From Actinomycetota bacterium (GTDB lineage Bacteria > Actinomycetota > UBA4738 > HRBIN12): a stretch of DNA of 58,796 nt. A program made the translations under genes and the position numbers. Positions 41,302-50,825 of this stretch are shown piece by piece. The stretch lies in the NCBI GenBank assembly GCA_052388025.1, contig JBQTIP010000209.1:1-58796 (forward strand), given 5' to 3'. Position 1 is the stretch's first letter, and the number at the start of each line of letters is the position of its first letter. The notes beneath the pieces were generated by a model that ran no database searches, had not been told where the DNA came from, and saw only the letters and a program-made list of their open reading frames with translations.

Positions 41302-42062
41302 GCGAGGTGAGCGAACAGCCGTCTGTGGTTTCCGGAGTCTTCTCGGTCGAGCTCCCCATGTTCACCGGTCCATTCCGGCTGCTGGCGGATCTGATCCTCG
41401 ACCAGAAGGTGGACGTGTGCGACGTCTCGATCGCCGGCGTGACGGACGGCTTCCTCGCCCACTCCGTACAGGCCGGCAAGTGGGACCTGGAGGAGGCCAC
41501 GTGGTTCCTCGCGGCCTGCGCCGTCCTGCTCGAGCTGAAGGTGGGCCGGCTGATGCCCCGGCACGAGGCGCCGGGCGAGGAGGATCTGCTGGGCGTCTCT
41601 CCCGACCTGGTCTACGCGCGAAGCATCGAGCTCGCCGCCATCCGACGCGTCGCCGAGGACCTGTCGAGGCGGCTCGAGGCTGAGGCGCTTCATTTCACTC
41701 GCGACGTGGGGCCCGGCCCGGAGCTCTCCCATCTCTATCCGGACGTGCTCGAGAAGGCATCGCCGGACGATCTGGCGAACACGGCCGCAGGGCTGCTTCG
41801 ACCCCCGCCCCTCCTAGATCTATCCCACGTGACACCGATCCGCTTCACCGTGGCCGATGCGATGGCCGCGGTGCAAGAGCGGCTGGGCGAGGTCGGCGCC
41901 GCGCGATTCCGGGAGCTCGTCGCCGACTGCGAGGACAGGATCCACGTCGTGGTGCGGTTCTTGGCCTTGCTGGAGCTGTACCGTGAAGGGAAGGTCGAGC
42001 TGGCCCAGGCCGAGACGTTCGGTGAGATCGAGGTCAGGTGGCAGGCGGGGTCGAGGGGTTGA
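41298..42062 (+). CDS. scpA: segregation and condensation protein A
   Basis: ATG 41298 overlaps the trpS stop (ATGA). FTGPFRLLADLILDQKVDVCDVSIAGVTDGFL, FLALLELYREGKV. Confidence 0.88.
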   Translation: MSEVSEQPSVVSGVFSVELPMFTGPFRLLADLILDQKVDVCDVSIAGVTDGFLAHSVQAGKWDLEEATWFLAACAVLLELKVGRLMPRHEAPGEEDLLGVSPDLVYARSIELAAIRRVAEDLSRRLEAEALHFTRDVGPGPELSHLYPDVLEKASPDDLANTAAGLLRPPPLLDLSHVTPIRFTVADAMAAVQERLGEVGAARFRELVADCEDRIHVVVRFLALLELYREGKVELAQAETFGEIEVRWQAGSRG

Positions 42063-42069
42063 TCGAGGA

Positions 42070-42627
42070 GTGAGCGGCCGATCCGATATCCGACGCGCCC
42101 TCGAGGCGCTGCTGTTCGTCTCCGACGAGCCCGTCGCCTCCGGCGTGCTGGCGCAGGGGCTGGAGGTCGACAGGCGCGAGGTCGACGAACTCTGCGAGGA
42201 GCTGGCTCGCGCCTACGAGGAGCGCGGGGCCGGGGTCGTGCTCCGAAACGTCGCCGGCGGCTGGCGCCTCGTGACGCACCCGGACGCCGCGCCGTTCCTC
42301 GAGCGCTACGTGGTCTCCTCACGTCACGCGCGCTTGACGAAGGCGGCCCTCGAGACGCTTTCGATCGTTGCATACAAGCAGCCGGTCACCAGGCACCAGC
42401 TGGCCGCGATACGGGGGGTGAACTCCGAAGGAGTCCTTCGGGCACTCGTGGAACGCGGCCTGGTGGCCGAGGTCGGCCGCGAGGAGGGTCCCGGCCGACC
42501 CATGCTGTACGGCACCACGCCGGCGTTCCTCGAAAGACTGGGGCTTCCCTCACTCTCGGCGCTCCCCTCGCTGGCGCCGCTCCTCGGCGACGGCGCCTCC
42601 GATGCCGAGGCCGCCGGCACCGAGTAG
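42070..42627 (+). CDS. scpB: segregation and condensation protein B
   Basis: GTG 42070. ALEALLFVSDEPV, LSKAALETLSIVAYKQPVTR-like segment, GRPMLYGTT. Confidence 0.85.
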   Translation: MSGRSDIRRALEALLFVSDEPVASGVLAQGLEVDRREVDELCEELARAYEERGAGVVLRNVAGGWRLVTHPDAAPFLERYVVSSRHARLTKAALETLSIVAYKQPVTRHQLAAIRGVNSEGVLRALVERGLVAEVGREEGPGRPMLYGTTPAFLERLGLPSLSALPSLAPLLGDGASDAEAAGTE

Positions 42628-42637
42628 CCGGCCGGCC

Positions 42638-43357
42638 ATGCCCGAGGAACGGCTCCAGCGCGCGCTCGCTCGCGCGGGCCTCGGATCCCGAAGGGCATGC
42701 GAGGAGCTGATCAGACAGGGCCGCGTGAAGGTCGGCGGGCGCGTCGCGGAGCTGGGCGACCGCGTGGACCCGTCTTCGGACCGCGTGGTCGTCGATGGGG
42801 CGCGCGTGCCGATCGATCCCGAGACTCGCTACTTCGCCCTCCACAAGCCCGCCGGGGTGGTGACCACGCTCCGGGACCCGCAGGGGCGCGCCGATCTCTC
42901 GTCGTTCCTGCCCCCCGGGCCGCGCGTGTTCCCGGTCGGGCGACTCGACCGGGACGCAGAGGGGCTCCTGCTGCTCACCAACGATGGAGAGCTCGCGAAC
43001 CGGCTCATGCATCCGCGGCACGGGGTGGAGAAGGAATACCTTGCCGAGGTCGAGGGGACGCCGACCGCGCGCCACTTGGCGCGTCTTCGTCGCGGGGTAG
43101 AGCTCGAGGACGGCCCGGCGCGGTCGCTGCGGGCCCGAGCTTCCAGCGGGACGGGCGGAAGGGGGGCCGTTCGGTTGGTCATGGGGGAGGGGCGCAAGCG
43201 TGAGGTTCGCCGACTGCTTGCCGCGGTCGGGCTGCCCGTTCGAAGATTGGTCCGTCTGCGGGTCGGGCCGGTTCGCCTGGGAGCGACGCCGCCCGGGGCG
43301 CTAAGGGAGCTGACCGTGGAGGAGGTTCGTGCCCTATACCGCGATGCGGGCCTGTGA
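42638..43357 (+). CDS. rluB: 23S rRNA pseudouridine synthase (RluB/RsuA family)
   Basis: ERLQRALARAGLGSRR (S4 domain), VGRLDRDAEGLLLLTNDGEL catalytic motif. Confidence 0.88.
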   Translation: MPEERLQRALARAGLGSRRACEELIRQGRVKVGGRVAELGDRVDPSSDRVVVDGARVPIDPETRYFALHKPAGVVTTLRDPQGRADLSSFLPPGPRVFPVGRLDRDAEGLLLLTNDGELANRLMHPRHGVEKEYLAEVEGTPTARHLARLRRGVELEDGPARSLRARASSGTGGRGAVRLVMGEGRKREVRRLLAAVGLPVRRLVRLRVGPVRLGATPPGALRELTVEEVRALYRDAGL

Positions 43358-43427
43358 GGGGCCCGATACGATCGGTAGCCTGACGGTATCGGCCGGTTCG
43401 GCCGTGACATGTGAGACGAGGACGAAC

Positions 43428-43787
43428 GTGAGGGTGCGCGGGGCCCGCGGGGCCATCCTGGTGGAGAAGGACGACGCCGATGTCGTGCTGTCCACGACAC
43501 AGCGGCTCTTGGATGCGATGATCGACGGGAATGGCGTGGCGCCCGACGACATCGTGAGCGTCCTGTTCACGGCCACGAACGACCTACGCTCAGCCTTCCC
43601 TGCCGAGGCGGCCCGCCGCATGGGGCTCGGCAGGGTCCCGCTCATGTGCGCGCGGGAGATACCGGTCGAGGGATCGATGCCACGGGTAGTGCGGGTCCTG
43701 ATGCACTTCTACACGGAGCTCGACGCGCCCGAAGTGGCGCACGTCTACCTCGAGGGCGCCGAGTCGCTTCGCGATGACCTCAGCTGA
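43428..43787 (+). CDS. aroH: AroH-type monofunctional chorismate mutase
   Basis: VRGARGAILVEKDD...LFTATNDLRSAFPAEAARRMGLGRVPLMCAREIPVEGSMPRVVRVLMH matches the B. subtilis AroH class. GTG 43428 is preferred over ATG 43329, which overlaps rluB. Confidence 0.8.
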   Translation: MRVRGARGAILVEKDDADVVLSTTQRLLDAMIDGNGVAPDDIVSVLFTATNDLRSAFPAEAARRMGLGRVPLMCAREIPVEGSMPRVVRVLMHFYTELDAPEVAHVYLEGAESLRDDLS

Positions 43788-44868
43788 GCGCGTCGCGGTG
43801 CTGGGAACCGGCCTAATGGGGACATCGATCGCCCTGGCCGCCATTCGTGCCGGAGACACGGTCCGCGGGTTCGATGCCGACCCAGAAGTGCAATCCAGAG
43901 CTGCGGGCCGGGCGGGTTTCGAGCCCTGCCGGACCGTTGCCGCCTGCGTTCGCGACGCGAATCTGGCCTTCGTCTGCACCCCGATCCAGGCTATCCCTTC
44001 AGTGGCGGCTCAGGCTCTTGTCGAGGCCCCCGACGCCGTCGTCTCCGACGCCGGGAGCGTCAAGTCTCACGTCGTGGCTGAGGTGCAGGCGAAGGTGTCC
44101 GCCCGGAACATGTCTCGGTTCGTCGGCGGCCATCCTATGGGCGGGTCCGAGCGCTCGGGTCCGGAAGGCGCCTCAGCCTCCGTGGTCGACGGCATCGTTT
44201 GGGTCCTGACGCCAACAGCCGCGACCGATCCGAGCGCCGTGGCCGGAATCGCGTCCTGGGTTGCGAGAATCGGAAGCCAGCCTGTCCGGATGGATCCGGA
44301 GCGCCACGACCGGCTGGTTGCGTTGGTGAGCCATCTACCACAAGTGGCCTCTACGGCACTCATGGGCCTCGCGGCGACGGAAGAGGCCGGCGAACCGGAG
44401 ATCCTGCTGCTTGCGGCCGGGGGGTTCCGTGACCTCACTCGGCTCGCCGCCTCGAACCCCAAGCTCTGGAGCGACATCCTGCTCTCCAACAGGGAGGCGT
44501 TGGCCACCGCCATCGACCTGTACGTGGATCGGCTCGTGGAGTTGCGTGGCCTCGTGAAGGAGGGCCGGGCGGCAGATGTCGAGCGGTCCTTCGCGGAGGC
44601 GAAGCGGGCCCGCCTGGCCCTCGCCGCCAAGCCGCAGGTCAAGGCGGGCGTCGCGCTAATCCAGGTTCCGGTTCCGGACCGGCCGGGGGCCCTCGCCGAG
44701 CTGACGGCCTTGCTTGGGGGTGCCGCGGTGAACATCGAGGACCTGCAGATCGTCCATTCGCCGGAGGGTGGCCGGGGCACCGTGCACCTCACGATCGCCG
44801 CGAGCTCGGCCGAGCAGGCACTGGCCGCCCTGGCCGCCGGCGGCTTCCCGGCGCTCCGGCTGGCGTAG
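43774..44868 (+). CDS. tyrA: prephenate dehydrogenase with C-terminal ACT domain
   Basis: 364 aa. VAVLGTGLMGTS Rossmann motif, GGHPMGGSE, ACT-like tail. Confidence 0.88.
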   Translation: MTSAERVAVLGTGLMGTSIALAAIRAGDTVRGFDADPEVQSRAAGRAGFEPCRTVAACVRDANLAFVCTPIQAIPSVAAQALVEAPDAVVSDAGSVKSHVVAEVQAKVSARNMSRFVGGHPMGGSERSGPEGASASVVDGIVWVLTPTAATDPSAVAGIASWVARIGSQPVRMDPERHDRLVALVSHLPQVASTALMGLAATEEAGEPEILLLAAGGFRDLTRLAASNPKLWSDILLSNREALATAIDLYVDRLVELRGLVKEGRAADVERSFAEAKRARLALAAKPQVKAGVALIQVPVPDRPGALAELTALLGGAAVNIEDLQIVHSPEGGRGTVHLTIAASSAEQALAALAAGGFPALRLA

Positions 44869-44877
44869 GAGGCCGGC

Positions 44878-46242
44878 GTGCGCGTAAGGATCGAACCAGG
44901 GGGGTCCCTCGGCGGCGACGCGTCGGTGCCGGGGGACAAGTCGATCGCGCACCGATTGCTCATCCTGGCTTCCACCGCGAAGGGCAGGAGCGAGCTGCGC
45001 GGCCTCCCCAATTCGCTGGACGTCACGGCCACAGCCCGGTGCCTTGCCAGGCTCATCCCGCGAGCTCGACCTTCCCTTGAGGTATGGGCCTCGAAGCATC
45101 CCAGCGCAGCCGAGCATCACGGTTTCACGTGGGACCCCTCTCGGGCGGCAGGCGCTCGGTCGGCACTTGCGGTCGAGGGTGAGGGTCGGGATGGCCTCGA
45201 GTCGGCCGGCGAACCGCTCGACTGCGCGAACTCGGGAACCACGATGAGGCTTCTCGCCGGCGTGGTGGCTTCCGCCCCGTTCGCCACGACGTTGACCGGG
45301 GACCAGAGCCTCCGGCGGAGACCGATGGAACGGGTGGCCCGTCCTTTGAGAGCCATGGGCGCGGAGGTGACGACGAGCGAAGGGCGACCGCCGATCCGCG
45401 TGGCGGGCGGGAGGCTTCAGGGCATCAGCTGGACACTCGAGGTCCCGAGCGCCCAGGCGAAGGGCTGCCTCCTGCTGGCGGGCTCGGCCGCCGATGGGGA
45501 GACCACCGTCGTAGAGCCGGTGGCCACCCGCGATCACACGGAGCGGGCCCTCGCGGCGCTTGGAGCCCCCGTAACGACGCGAGATGGGACCGTCGGGGTC
45601 TCGGCGTTCCAGCACGAGGGCTTCGAGGCTTCCGTGCCGGGCGATGTCTCCTCGGCGGCCTTCCTCGTCGCGGGCGCGGCCCTCACGGGGTCCGAGCTGC
45701 TGATCCGAGGCGTGGGGCTGAACCCCACCCGCACGCGCTTCCTGGATGTTATGGAGCGCATGGGCGTGAGCTTTGAGCGGCGCGCAACCGTGGAGCGTCT
45801 CGGCGAGCCGGAGGGCGTTCTCCTGGTTCACCCCGCCGCCGGCCTCGTCGGCACCGAGGTAGCCCCCGCGGAGGTCTCCCTTCTCCTCGACGAGGTGCCC
45901 GTCCTGGCGGTCGTCGCTGCTCACGCGGAGGGTGAGACCCGCTTCCGGGGGGCCGGGGAGCTTCGCGTGAAGGAGAGCGACCGACTCACGGGGATTGCGG
46001 AGGGGATCCGTGGGATGGGTGGATTGGCCGCGGTCGAGGGGAACGACCTCGTCGTGGGCGGCGTCGGGCTGGCCGGCGGGTTCTGCCACGCGCGGGGCGA
46101 CCATCGGATGGCGATGGCGTTCGCCGTGGGGGCTCTCCGAGCTCGTTCGAGCTGCGAGATCGAGGGTATGGAGTCCGCCGACGTGTCATTCCCGGGCTTC
46201 CTTCAGGCTCTGGTGCGTCTCGGGGTCCGGGTCGGGTCCTGA
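44878..46242 (+). CDS. aroA: 3-phosphoshikimate 1-carboxyvinyltransferase (EPSP synthase)
   Basis: 454 aa. VPGDKSIAHR, NSGTTMRLL, KESDRL, GDHRMAMAF. Confidence 0.92.
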   Translation: MRVRIEPGGSLGGDASVPGDKSIAHRLLILASTAKGRSELRGLPNSLDVTATARCLARLIPRARPSLEVWASKHPSAAEHHGFTWDPSRAAGARSALAVEGEGRDGLESAGEPLDCANSGTTMRLLAGVVASAPFATTLTGDQSLRRRPMERVARPLRAMGAEVTTSEGRPPIRVAGGRLQGISWTLEVPSAQAKGCLLLAGSAADGETTVVEPVATRDHTERALAALGAPVTTRDGTVGVSAFQHEGFEASVPGDVSSAAFLVAGAALTGSELLIRGVGLNPTRTRFLDVMERMGVSFERRATVERLGEPEGVLLVHPAAGLVGTEVAPAEVSLLLDEVPVLAVVAAHAEGETRFRGAGELRVKESDRLTGIAEGIRGMGGLAAVEGNDLVVGGVGLAGGFCHARGDHRMAMAFAVGALRARSSCEIEGMESADVSFPGFLQALVRLGVRVGS

Positions 46243-46245
46243 TCC

Positions 46246-46947
46246 GTGGGGACCGGGTCCGCTCTGTCGGGCATCGTGATCGCGATCGACGGTCCGGCGG
46301 GTTCGGGCAAGAGCACGCTGGCCCGGCGGCTCGCCCAAGCGCTCGGGCTCCCCTACATCAACACGGGCCTGATGTACCGGGCACTGACGCTCGCGGCACT
46401 GAGAGGGGGAGTCCACCCGGGCGACGGCTCCGCCCTCGCCCGCCTAACCGCAAACTTGAGGTTTGCGGTTAGCTCGACCACGACGCCGCCTTCCCTCGAG
46501 ATCGACGGGAGGCCGCCGTCTGTCGAACTCACGACCCAGGAGGTGGAGCGAACCGTGTCCCAGGTTTCCCGCCACCCGGAGGTTCGTTCCCTCATGCGCA
46601 CGGCGCAACGACGCCTGGGCGAGGCAGGAGCCGTGATGGAAGGCCGCGACATCGGGTCGGTGATCTTCACCGACGCCGCACTGAAAATTTTCCTGGTTGC
46701 ATCGCCGTCGGTGCGCGCGGCCCGGCGAGTGCTCCAGCGCCGGTCCGAGGAGCCCGGGACCCTCCCGGAGCGCGAGCTTCGCGAGGTGGCAGGTCAGCTG
46801 GCGGCGCGCGATGTTCACGACGCCCGGGTAAACCCCCTCGTCCCGGCTGCGGACGCCGTGCGGCTCGACACCACCGGGCGCGACGAGGACGAGATCTTCG
46901 AGGAAGCCATTGCCCTGGCTCGGGAACGAATCGGGGGTTATCGGTGA
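46246..46947 (+). CDS. cmk: (d)CMP kinase
   Basis: 233 aa. IAIDGPAGSGKST, NTGLMYRAL. Confidence 0.92.
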   Translation: MGTGSALSGIVIAIDGPAGSGKSTLARRLAQALGLPYINTGLMYRALTLAALRGGVHPGDGSALARLTANLRFAVSSTTTPPSLEIDGRPPSVELTTQEVERTVSQVSRHPEVRSLMRTAQRRLGEAGAVMEGRDIGSVIFTDAALKIFLVASPSVRAARRVLQRRSEEPGTLPERELREVAGQLAARDVHDARVNPLVPAADAVRLDTTGRDEDEIFEEAIALARERIGGYR

Positions 46948-48251
46948 GCCCGGAGGCGCCGAGGATCGCCATCGTGGGCCGGCAGAACGTCGGGAAGTCG
47001 ACGCTCGCGAACCGGCTCTTCGGCAGACGCGAGGCGATCGCCCACGAGCTCCCGGGTGTCACGAGGGACCGGCTCGAGCTGGAGACCTCCTGGCGAGGTC
47101 GGAAGTTCACGCTGGTGGACACCGGCGGGTACCGTCAGCGCGCCACCGGCATCGAGGCGCTGGTGTCGGCGCAGGCGGAGCGAGCCTCGGAGGAGGCCGA
47201 CGTCGTCCTGCTCGTGGTCGACGCCAGGATCGGCGTCACGGAGGAGGACGGCGCGCTGGCCCGACGTCTCCGAGGGACTCGGACCCCGGTCATGGTCGTC
47301 GCCAACAAGGTGGACTCGGATCGAGACGAGCTCGACGCGTTCGTCTTCGCTCGGCTGGGGCTGGGGGAGCCCGTGACCGTATCGGCCCTCCACGGTCGCG
47401 GCTCCGGTGACCTCCTGGATCGGATCGTCGCGCTCCTGCCGGACCGCTCGGCCGGGCACGAGCTCGAGGGTGAGCCGAGGTTCGCGTTGGTCGGGAGGCC
47501 CAACGTCGGCAAGTCCTCGCTCTTCAACCGACTCGTCGGCGAGGAGCGCTCGGTCGTGTACGAGGAGGCCGGAACGACGCGCGACTCGGTGGATGCCGTC
47601 GTGAACTGGACGACGGGCCCGGTGCGGTTCGTCGACACGGCCGGACTCCGGCGCGCCTCGCGCACGAAGGGGGTCGAGTACTACGGATTCGTCCGGGCAG
47701 TTCGTGCGATCGAGCGGGCGCATGTGGTGGTCCTGGTCCTCGACGGCGGCGAGGGGTTCACGGGGGAGGACAAGCGGATCGCCGCCCGTGTGGTGGACGC
47801 GGGACGCGGCCTGGTCATCGTCGCGAACAAGTGGGACCTGGTGGAGGACAAGCAGAGGGCCTCCAGGACCTTGGAGGAGACGGCGGCGCCCTTCGCTCGA
47901 GCTGCGCTCATGAGGACCTCCGCACGCAGCGGATTCGGCGTTCGCCGGCTGGTCCCCGCGCTCCTGGACCTTCACGACCGCTGGTCTCGGAGGGTCAGCA
48001 CTTCGGAGGTCAACCGCGTCGTGCACGATGCTCAGTCGGAGCGGCCCGCTCCGCATGCGACCGGCCGCTTCCGCTATGCCACACAGGTCGGGGCGGGGCC
48101 TCCGTCGTTCGTACTGTTCGGCGGAAGCGCCCCCGACCCTGCCTACCAGCGGTTCCTCGAGAACCGCCTCCGCAGGTCGTTCGGGTGGGAAGGGGTTCCG
48201 ATCCGGCTCCGATTCCGACCGAAGCGCGAGAGACGACCCGGAAGCGATTAG
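46944..48251 (+). CDS. der: ribosome-biogenesis GTPase Der (EngA)
   Basis: Two GTPase domains (GRQNVGKST and GRPNVGKSS, each with DTGG/DTAG and NKVD/NKWD) plus a KH-like C-terminus. Confidence 0.93.
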   Translation: MSPEAPRIAIVGRQNVGKSTLANRLFGRREAIAHELPGVTRDRLELETSWRGRKFTLVDTGGYRQRATGIEALVSAQAERASEEADVVLLVVDARIGVTEEDGALARRLRGTRTPVMVVANKVDSDRDELDAFVFARLGLGEPVTVSALHGRGSGDLLDRIVALLPDRSAGHELEGEPRFALVGRPNVGKSSLFNRLVGEERSVVYEEAGTTRDSVDAVVNWTTGPVRFVDTAGLRRASRTKGVEYYGFVRAVRAIERAHVVVLVLDGGEGFTGEDKRIAARVVDAGRGLVIVANKWDLVEDKQRASRTLEETAAPFARAALMRTSARSGFGVRRLVPALLDLHDRWSRRVSTSEVNRVVHDAQSERPAPHATGRFRYATQVGAGPPSFVLFGGSAPDPAYQRFLENRLRRSFGWEGVPIRLRFRPKRERRPGSD

Positions 48252-48272
48252 GTCCCGGTACAATCCAGCCTG

Positions 48273-48347
48273 CGGGCCGTGGCGCAGCTTGGTTAGCGCG
48301 TCTGACTGGGGGTCAGAAGGTCGGCGGTTCGAATCCGCCCGGCCCGA
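48273..48347 (+). tRNA. tRNA-Pro (anticodon GGG)
   Basis: Acceptor CGGGCCG with CGGCCCG. Anticodon stem TCTGA with TCAGA and loop CTGGGGG. T-arm GGCGG-TTCGAAT-CCGCC. 75 nt, 3' CCA not fully encoded. Confidence 0.92.
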
Positions 48348-48409
48348 CCGCGGAGCACGGACGGCGCCATGCAGCCCGGGCTGCCCGGGCGGATGGTACG
48401 GTCCGGCCG

Positions 48410-49024
48410 ATGAACGGAAGTCCTGCCGGCGGGGTCACCTCGCGGGTCCTCACGATCCCGAATCTCCTGTCGTTCGCGCGTGTCCTACTGATCCCCTTGT
48501 TCGTCTGGCTGATCGTGCGGGAGGGGAGTGAGGCGGCAGGTCTGCTCCTGTTCGGGATGGTAAGCGCAACCGACTGGGTAGATGGATACGTCGCGAGGAA
48601 GACCGGACAGGTCTCGGAGCTCGGGAAGCTGCTCGATCCGACCGCCGACCGGCTGGCGATCGGCGCAGCGCTCATCGCGATGGTCGTGCGGGATGCGTTC
48701 CCGCTTTGGGCGGCGCTCCTGATCATCGTTCGCGACGGCCTGATACTGATCGCCGGAGTCGTCTTGCTGGCGACCCGGGGCGGTCGGATCGACGTCCGCT
48801 TCATCGGCAAGGTCGCGACGTTCAGCCTCATGACCGGCGTTCCGCTCGTTGCGTGGGGCAGCTTCGAGCTGCCCCAAGCAGCCGCGGCGACCGTGCTCGG
48901 CTGGACGCTATATGCGGTCGGTATCCTCGAGTACTACGTTGCAACGGTGCTATACATCGGGGACCTGCGGCGCGCGTTCGCGGGCGGAAGTGTAGGAAGC
49001 GGGAATTCCCGACGGGGGGGCTGA
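48410..49024 (+). CDS. CDP-alcohol phosphatidyltransferase family protein (PgsA-like)
   Basis: ATG 48410. DWVDGYVARKTGQVSELGKLLDPTADRL matches D(x)2DG(x)2AR...G(x)3D(x)3D. Confidence 0.85.
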   Translation: MNGSPAGGVTSRVLTIPNLLSFARVLLIPLFVWLIVREGSEAAGLLLFGMVSATDWVDGYVARKTGQVSELGKLLDPTADRLAIGAALIAMVVRDAFPLWAALLIIVRDGLILIAGVVLLATRGGRIDVRFIGKVATFSLMTGVPLVAWGSFELPQAAAATVLGWTLYAVGILEYYVATVLYIGDLRRAFAGGSVGSGNSRRGG

Positions 49025-49025
49025 G

Positions 49026-49421
49026 ATGGAATATCCGGAGGACCTGCGGTACACGAAGGAGCACGAGTGGTTGCGCGAGGAGACGGGCGGTCTCGTGCGA
49101 ATCGGTATCACCGACTTCGCCCAAGACGCGCTGGGCGACGTCGTCTACGTCGATATCCCGGAGGTGGGAACGGAGATCCGTGCCTCTCAACCCTTCGGCG
49201 AGGTGGAGTCCACGAAGTCCGTTTCGGATGTTTACAGCCCCGTCACCGGCACGGTCGTCGAACGCAACACGATCCTCGACGAGCGGCCCGAGCTCGTGAA
49301 CGACTCGCCGTACGGGGAAGGGTGGATCGTAGTCGTTCGGGTCGCGGACCCCGCCGAGCTAGAGTCTCTCCTCGACGCCGCCGCGTACCGCGCCTACCTT
49401 CAGGAGGTAGAGGGGCGGTAG
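49026..49421 (+). CDS. gcvH: glycine cleavage system protein H
   Basis: 131 aa. Lipoyl-lysine motif GEVESTKSVSDVYSP. Confidence 0.93.
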   Translation: MEYPEDLRYTKEHEWLREETGGLVRIGITDFAQDALGDVVYVDIPEVGTEIRASQPFGEVESTKSVSDVYSPVTGTVVERNTILDERPELVNDSPYGEGWIVVVRVADPAELESLLDAAAYRAYLQEVEGR

Positions 49422-49540
49422 ACCGTCGGGCTGGAGAGAGGCCCAACATCGGGCGGGTTGAACCTCCAGCGCGGCCGCCGGCCGTTCCTCACGAATCCCT
49501 CAACCCCACGGATGAGTGTGAGCGTGCCCCTCAGGAGCAG

Positions 49541-49569
49541 TTGACCCCCCGACCTACCTGCGCTAACGT
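49541..49569 (+). promoter_or_regulatory. candidate promoter of the garA-like/MerR operon
   Basis: TTGACC (49541-46), 17-nt spacer, TAACGT (49564-69). Confidence 0.35.
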
Positions 49570-49577
49570 CGAGTGCC

Positions 49578-49598
49578 TATCGAGGGTTGAGCCTTGTC
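49578..49598 (+). repeat. 21-nt leader motif TATCGAGGGTTGAGNNTTGTC (copy 2, upstream of the garA-like gene)
   Basis: See copy 1 at 38139-38159. Lies 9 nt downstream of the candidate -10 element. Confidence 0.5.
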
Positions 49599-49646
49599 TT
49601 GAAGCTCGACCTTCTCGCGAAGGAAAAGGGCACGGAGGGAGCGAGG

Positions 49647-50105
49647 GTGTACTGCACAAACTGTGGACATCGCAACCGGGACGAAGCCCGCTTCTGCGCC
49701 AAGTGTGGAAATCCCCTTCAGGAAGAGGCGACCCTCTCGTTCACTCCCGTGGAAGTCGAGGATGAGGTCTCCGACGAGTTCCCGTTCCCTCACGAGGAGC
49801 TGGAGTCCGGACAGGCTCTGCTTGTCGTCAAGCGTGGCCCCAATGCCGGGTCGACGTTCCTGATCGATGTCGACGTCACGACCGCCGGCCGGCATCCGGA
49901 AAGCGATGTATTCCTGGACGACGTCACCGTGTCTCGACGCCACGCCGAGATCCGCCGGCGGGGCGGGGGGTTCTTCATCCACGATGTGGGGAGCCTGAAC
50001 GGCACGTACGTGAACCGTGAGCGTGTCGATGAGACCAAGCTCGCGTCGGGCGACGAGCTGCAGATCGGGAAGTTCAAGCTCGTCTTCTTCGGAGCGGGGG
50101 AGTGA
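49647..50105 (+). CDS. FHA-domain protein with N-terminal zinc ribbon (GarA/OdhI-position homologue)
   Basis: GTG 49647 after GGAGGGAGCGAGG. CTNCGHRNRDEARFCAKCG zinc ribbon. FHA core GRHPESDVFLDDVTVSRRHAEI...SLNGTYVN. Lies immediately after gcvH, as garA does in mycobacteria. Confidence 0.8.
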   Translation: MYCTNCGHRNRDEARFCAKCGNPLQEEATLSFTPVEVEDEVSDEFPFPHEELESGQALLVVKRGPNAGSTFLIDVDVTTAGRHPESDVFLDDVTVSRRHAEIRRRGGGFFIHDVGSLNGTYVNRERVDETKLASGDELQIGKFKLVFFGAGE

Positions 50106-50812
50106 TACGGATGGCGACACGAAACTATCAATCGATCGGTGAGGTACTGGTGTCGGTGAAGACGGAGTTCCCCGACATCACGATCTCGAAGATCCGCTTC
50201 CTGGAGGCCGAGGGCTTGATCGACCCGGAGCGAACACCCTCCGGATACCGCAAGTTCTATGAGGAAGACGTGGAGCGGTTAAGGTCGATCCTGCGGTTGC
50301 AGCGCGACGAATACCTCCCGCTCAAGGTCATCAAGGATCGGCTGCTTCGGGAGGATTCCGAGGGGGACGGGGCGGTTCCCGAGCCAACCGGCGACGAACC
50401 CGAGGAACAGCTGGCGGAGGCCCCGACGGGCCTGCAGATGTCCCTCGAGGAGATGTCGGCCGCCACGGGCGTCGAGCGGGACCGGATCAAGGAGCTTGAG
50501 TCCTACGGCCTCGTGTGCTCGCATGGAACCGAGTCCGCGACGTACTACGACGGGGACGACTACATAGTTCTCTCGATCGTGAAGGACTTCTTCAAGTTTG
50601 GCGTGGAGCCCCGCCACCTGACGATGTACAGGCACTTTGCGGAACGCGAGGCGAACTTCTTCGAGTCGATCATCATGCCGGTCCTTCGGCAGCGGAACCC
50701 GGACGCCCGGAAGACGGCGAGCAACTCTCTCACGGAGCTGGCGAAGACCTCCCGGAAGCTGAAGCAGGCTTTGCTCCGAACCAACCTGCGGCAATACCTT
50801 CAGAGCGCTTGA
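50102..50812 (+). CDS. MerR-family transcriptional regulator (Rv1828/FtsR-position homologue)
   Basis: SIGEVLVSVKTEFPDITISKIRFLEAEGLIDPERTPSGYRKF HTH. Overlaps the FHA gene stop. ATG 50111 is an alternative start. Confidence 0.82.
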   Translation: MIRMATRNYQSIGEVLVSVKTEFPDITISKIRFLEAEGLIDPERTPSGYRKFYEEDVERLRSILRLQRDEYLPLKVIKDRLLREDSEGDGAVPEPTGDEPEEQLAEAPTGLQMSLEEMSAATGVERDRIKELESYGLVCSHGTESATYYDGDDYIVLSIVKDFFKFGVEPRHLTMYRHFAEREANFFESIIMPVLRQRNPDARKTASNSLTELAKTSRKLKQALLRTNLRQYLQSA

Positions 50813-50825
50813 TCCTCCGGGCGTC

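Noticed and set aside
46938-48263. 441-aa minus-strand ORF
   Set aside because: It is antisense to der/engA. Same artefact.
48348-48409. 14-nt perfect palindrome GCAGCCCGGGCTGC downstream of tRNA-Pro as a special element
   Set aside because: It is most simply a short GC-rich terminator or processing hairpin after the tRNA. No further structure or repeat copies were seen.
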